DNA from: Lama glama
Lineage: Eukaryota
Assembly: GCA_028534125.1 (NCBI GenBank)
Contig: CM052817.1
Span: 16,742,001-16,806,000, forward strand
Length of the DNA stretch: 64,000 nt
Reading direction: 5' to 3'
Made by a program: the position numbers and the translations under genes. This document shows, one piece after another, positions 60,979 through 64,000 of this stretch. The notes under the pieces were generated by a model. That model saw only the letters and a list, made by a program, of their open reading frames with translations. It did no database searches and was not told the origin of the DNA. How positions within the stretch are numbered: position 1 is the first letter of the stretch; each line of letters begins with the position of its first letter.

Positions 60979-63207
60979 GCCGGGTCCCCGGTCCCCGCCC
61001 CGGCCGCGACCCCCGCCGCCGCCGCCGCGCCGCGCGCTCGGACCCTGCGCCGCTGCAGACGCGGGCGCCGCTCGCTGCTCCGCCGCCGCCGCCGCTGCTG
61101 GCGAGGACTGGGGCGCCGCGGGTGTGGGAGGCCGAGCCGCAGCCGAGCAGCATGCTGGCCGCCGCCCCCACTCGGCGCCCCCCCACCCGCGCCCGGGCTG
61201 CTGGGCGGCCGCCGCCGCTGCGCCCGCCGCACCCGCGCCCGCCTGACATCAGCACCCGCGCCCGCAGCCCGCTCTGGCCAATGAATAATGCGCGCCCCGC
61301 GGGGGAGGGGGCCTCGCGCCGCCCCCGCCGCGCCCCGCCGGCCCCCGGGGCCTCGGGACCCGCCCGGCCGCCGCCCCCTCGGACCCTCCGGGACCCTCTC
61401 CGGGAGCTGCGGACACAGGAAAAAGTTGGGTGACCTTGGGGGAGGGGCTGGCCGGGACGGGGACTCCCTAGGGACCTGGCCAAGCGGTACGCGATCGGAT
61501 GCCTGCAGTCTCTCCACCGGCTCGAAATAATTTGGGGGAACTGGCTTGATACCAGGAAGGGAGACTTTGTCCTGGGTCTTTGGAGAGTACAGAATTTTGA
61601 GTAGCTTTTATTAATTTTTAAAAGGAAGTGAATGCCGTTGAGGGATGGCTTTGCCTGTCTTTTGCGGTGAGGCTGTGGGGTCGGGCTCCTGTTCCCCGCG
61701 CACCCTGGGCTTCCTGAAGCCAGCCACCTTTCCCTCCTGAAGGCAGGTAGGCAGGAAAAGCTGCTACAGCAGTGCGCACCCCTCCTGCTCTGGGGCCTGC
61801 CTGCTGCTTGCTACAGAGCTAAAAAGCCTATGAAATTTCTCTGTCACCCAGCAGTTCACTTGCACCCCACCCACACCAATTAAAGGACAAAAGGACTGGG
61901 GACAATTGTTAATAGAGATTGAGGGTGTGATATATTCTAGGCTCTGTATGTTTAATCTTCTAGCCCTTCGAGGCAGGTCCTCCGGAGGCACAGAAAGAAT
62001 CAGTGACTGGCTGGCCGTCAAGGAGTAGATGGCTGGGCAGAGATGGGGACTGGAGCTTGGGGTAGGGATTGGTAACCAGGCGCTACTGAGCCCCTCTTCT
62101 CTCCCCACATTTGAGACACTGAGCTTGAATCTTACCACAAGGTAATGTGAACTGGAGAAATCAAAGAAAACGGCCAGAACAGAATCAAAATGGCTAAAAG
62201 CCAGGACCGCTCAGACTGGGGACTCAAAGACACCATCATCAGGCTACTAACCAAGGAAGACCATTTCCATATTAAGATAGACCCAGAAAAGCAGTACCCA
62301 CAGCAAAAGGTTTTTACTATAGGAATTACCAATACTGCGGCTTCTTCGGCAATTATTTTGGGCACACCTGGCTAGCCACTGTGGGAGGTGGACAAAGGGA
62401 CAGGCTGTATCCTCAGGGAGCTTGAAATCTAGCTGGGCAGATAGCACTGAAGAAGTAACTCCACATGGCTACATGGGGGTCACAGGCAGACCAAAAGGGG
62501 CTCAGGAATTGAAAGTCAGTTTGTTGCAAGTAACTTCATGGAGGGAGTTGTCTTTCATTACAGGTCACCATTCAGCCAGCACTTAGCATCATTGGGAAAC
62601 AGTCTACATTTATCACCACTTAATTCCCATCTGCCCTGAGAAATAGGTCTTCCAATTTTGTACATGGGCAAATTGGGCTCAGAGATGTTTTTCTCTTACC
62701 CAAGGTCACACAGGACACAGCCAGGAGAATCCTACTCAAGAGGAGCAGGATTCCATGCTTAGCCCTCACTGCTGTGCTAACACGCATTCCCCAAATGCCT
62801 TACTCAGCAAGGCCCCATGCTGGGGATGAGGGCGAAGACCACGGTCTGGAGAGGGCGACAGGCACGTGGACCCACAATCATAAGTATGTGTCCTGCATGC
62901 CTGAGAGATGTCTGCCTTCAGAGAGACTGGCTACTGCTTTATAGAGAGGAGAGGGTGAGGCTCCTCTGATTCAGTGCCTTCTGGTTCTCAGCTGTGTGGA
63001 AGTGGAGCAAGGAGGAAGGTAAACCCTCTGTCCTCAGAGCTAGACAGGTGTGGGTTTGCAGCCCAGCCAGCCACTTACTAACTGTAATTGTGGGCAAGTT
63101 ATGACCTCTCAATGCCTCAGCTTCCTCCCCTGTAAAATGGGAGATAGTTGTGTGCACCTTTGGGATTGAATATTGTTAAGTCTGTAAAGTCCCCAATGCC
63201 ACCCAGG

Positions 63208-63240
63208 AGGTACTAGGTAATAGGTACTAGGTACTAGGTT
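63208..63240. repeat. Short tandem repeat (AGGTACT), ~4.5 copies
   Basis: aggtact aggtaat aggtact aggtact aggtt. Confidence 0.8.
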
Positions 63241-63397
63241 CAGAGGTTTGTGTGATATTGTGGGCGGGGCAGTTCTCAGGTAAACCCTGGGATAGGGGGA
63301 AACAGGGAGGGGGTTGGGGATGAGAGGCTGTGAAAGGAGAAGAATCTTCCTAACCTTTGTTCCTACCTTTTATTCAGGGACAAGGGCAGTCTAGCAC

Positions 63398-63650
63398 GAT
63401 GGTTCTCAATCAGGGGTGACACTTGGCAATGTAGTTTGGCTTATCACAGTGGGGTGGGTGCTACTGGCATGTAATGGGTAGAGGTCAGGGATTCTGTTAA
63501 ACATCCTGTAATGCACAACAAAGCATGATCCAGCCCAAAATACCACTGGTGCTGAGGTGGAGAGATCCCCATCCAGTAACCTAGAAAGACCCTTGGTGTG
63601 AGGAATTCCAGAGATGCAGATTCGAGGCCTGGCTTCACCACTCATAAGCA
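63398..63650. mobile_element. MER20-like DNA transposon followed by a MER5-like fragment
   Basis: ggttctcaatcaggggtga...gtgctactggcat.taatgggtagaggtcagggat.ctgttaaacatcct...ccagcccaaaat...gtgctgaggtggaga. Confidence 0.8.
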
Positions 63651-64000
63651 AACCTTCTTGGTCATGTCACGCTCATCTCCAGCCTCTATTTTCTCATCTA
63701 GAAAATGGGCACAATGAGACCTTCCTCTTTCTCCCCTAAATAAAGGAGACATATAGTCATTATTCCTATCCTTACCCTCCCCTAGCTAGGTCTAACTCCA
63801 GCCCATTCCCTCCAACCTGAAAAACTAGAAAGTTCCTGATAGGAAGGGTGCAGAGAGAAGACTTGGGTAGCATAGCTGGCAGGGTTGGTATTTGTTTCGG
63901 CTCTGTTAGAGACACTAAGTGAATGCTTGTAAATTATAAGGTGCAGTTTATAAATAAAGATATAAAAATGGAAATGCAGATGACTTTGGTTTGATTCCAA

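Larger units (their letters stand above)
30365..61240 (-). other. LGI2: LGI2 gene (leucine-rich repeat LGI family member 2), 8 coding exons, 548 aa; transcript ends approximate
   Basis: Exons of 206+72+72+72+72+170+165+818 = 1647 nt join into one ORF with GT-AG junctions and consistent phases. The translation matches the recalled LGI2 sequence (MALRRGG...GDISSL...KIFEHIVVDLSL). TSS and poly(A) site are inferred. Confidence 0.97.
60680..61530. promoter_or_regulatory. CpG island / LGI2 promoter and 5'UTR
   Basis: Very high GC and CpG density around exon 1. Contains GGCCAATGA (CCAAT at 61278-61282), CRE-like TGACATCA (61244-61251) and GC boxes (~61300); no TATA box seen. Confidence 0.9.

Noticed and set aside
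60448..61258. REST/RE1-like half sites (TTCAGCAC at ~60448, TCAGCACC at ~61249)
   Set aside because: No correctly spaced GGACAG right half.
60271..61530. Long ORFs on both strands over the CpG island (337, 344, 236, 205 aa)
   Set aside because: Low-complexity Pro/Arg/Ala/Gly translations expected from stop-poor GC-rich DNA; only the uATG-initiated part is kept as a finding.
1..64000. CRISPR arrays, operons or another novel multi-gene system
   Set aside because: Mammalian intron/exon DNA; no regularly spaced repeat-spacer array, foreign-composition insert or unexplained long coding region was seen.

Overview
Mammalian genomic DNA, probably camelid (inferred from four short tRNA-Ala-derived, Vic-1-like SINEs with target-site duplications). 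It contains one complete protein-coding gene, LGI2, on the minus strand. The 8 coding exons run from a CpG-island promoter at ~61 kb to the stop at 35010; all junctions are GT-AG and in phase, giving 1647 nt / 548 aa (signal peptide, LRR domain, EPTP/EAR propeller). A probable ~4.6 kb 3'UTR ends near 30.37 kb. Positions 1-30 kb hold no recognisable coding exon and are dominated by decayed repeats: an ERVL pro/pol relic, MaLR/ERVL LTRs (some nested three deep), L1, L2, MIR and MER DNA transposons. I found no convincing previously undescribed biological system. The best leads are LGI2 regulatory features: an out-of-frame upstream ORF overlapping the start, stop-introducing tandem splice donors at exons 1 and 4, a SINE that adds AATAAA motifs inside the 3'UTR, and an L1-derived in-frame ATG upstream of the last exon. 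Repeat family names come from recalled consensus similarity and their boundaries are approximate.
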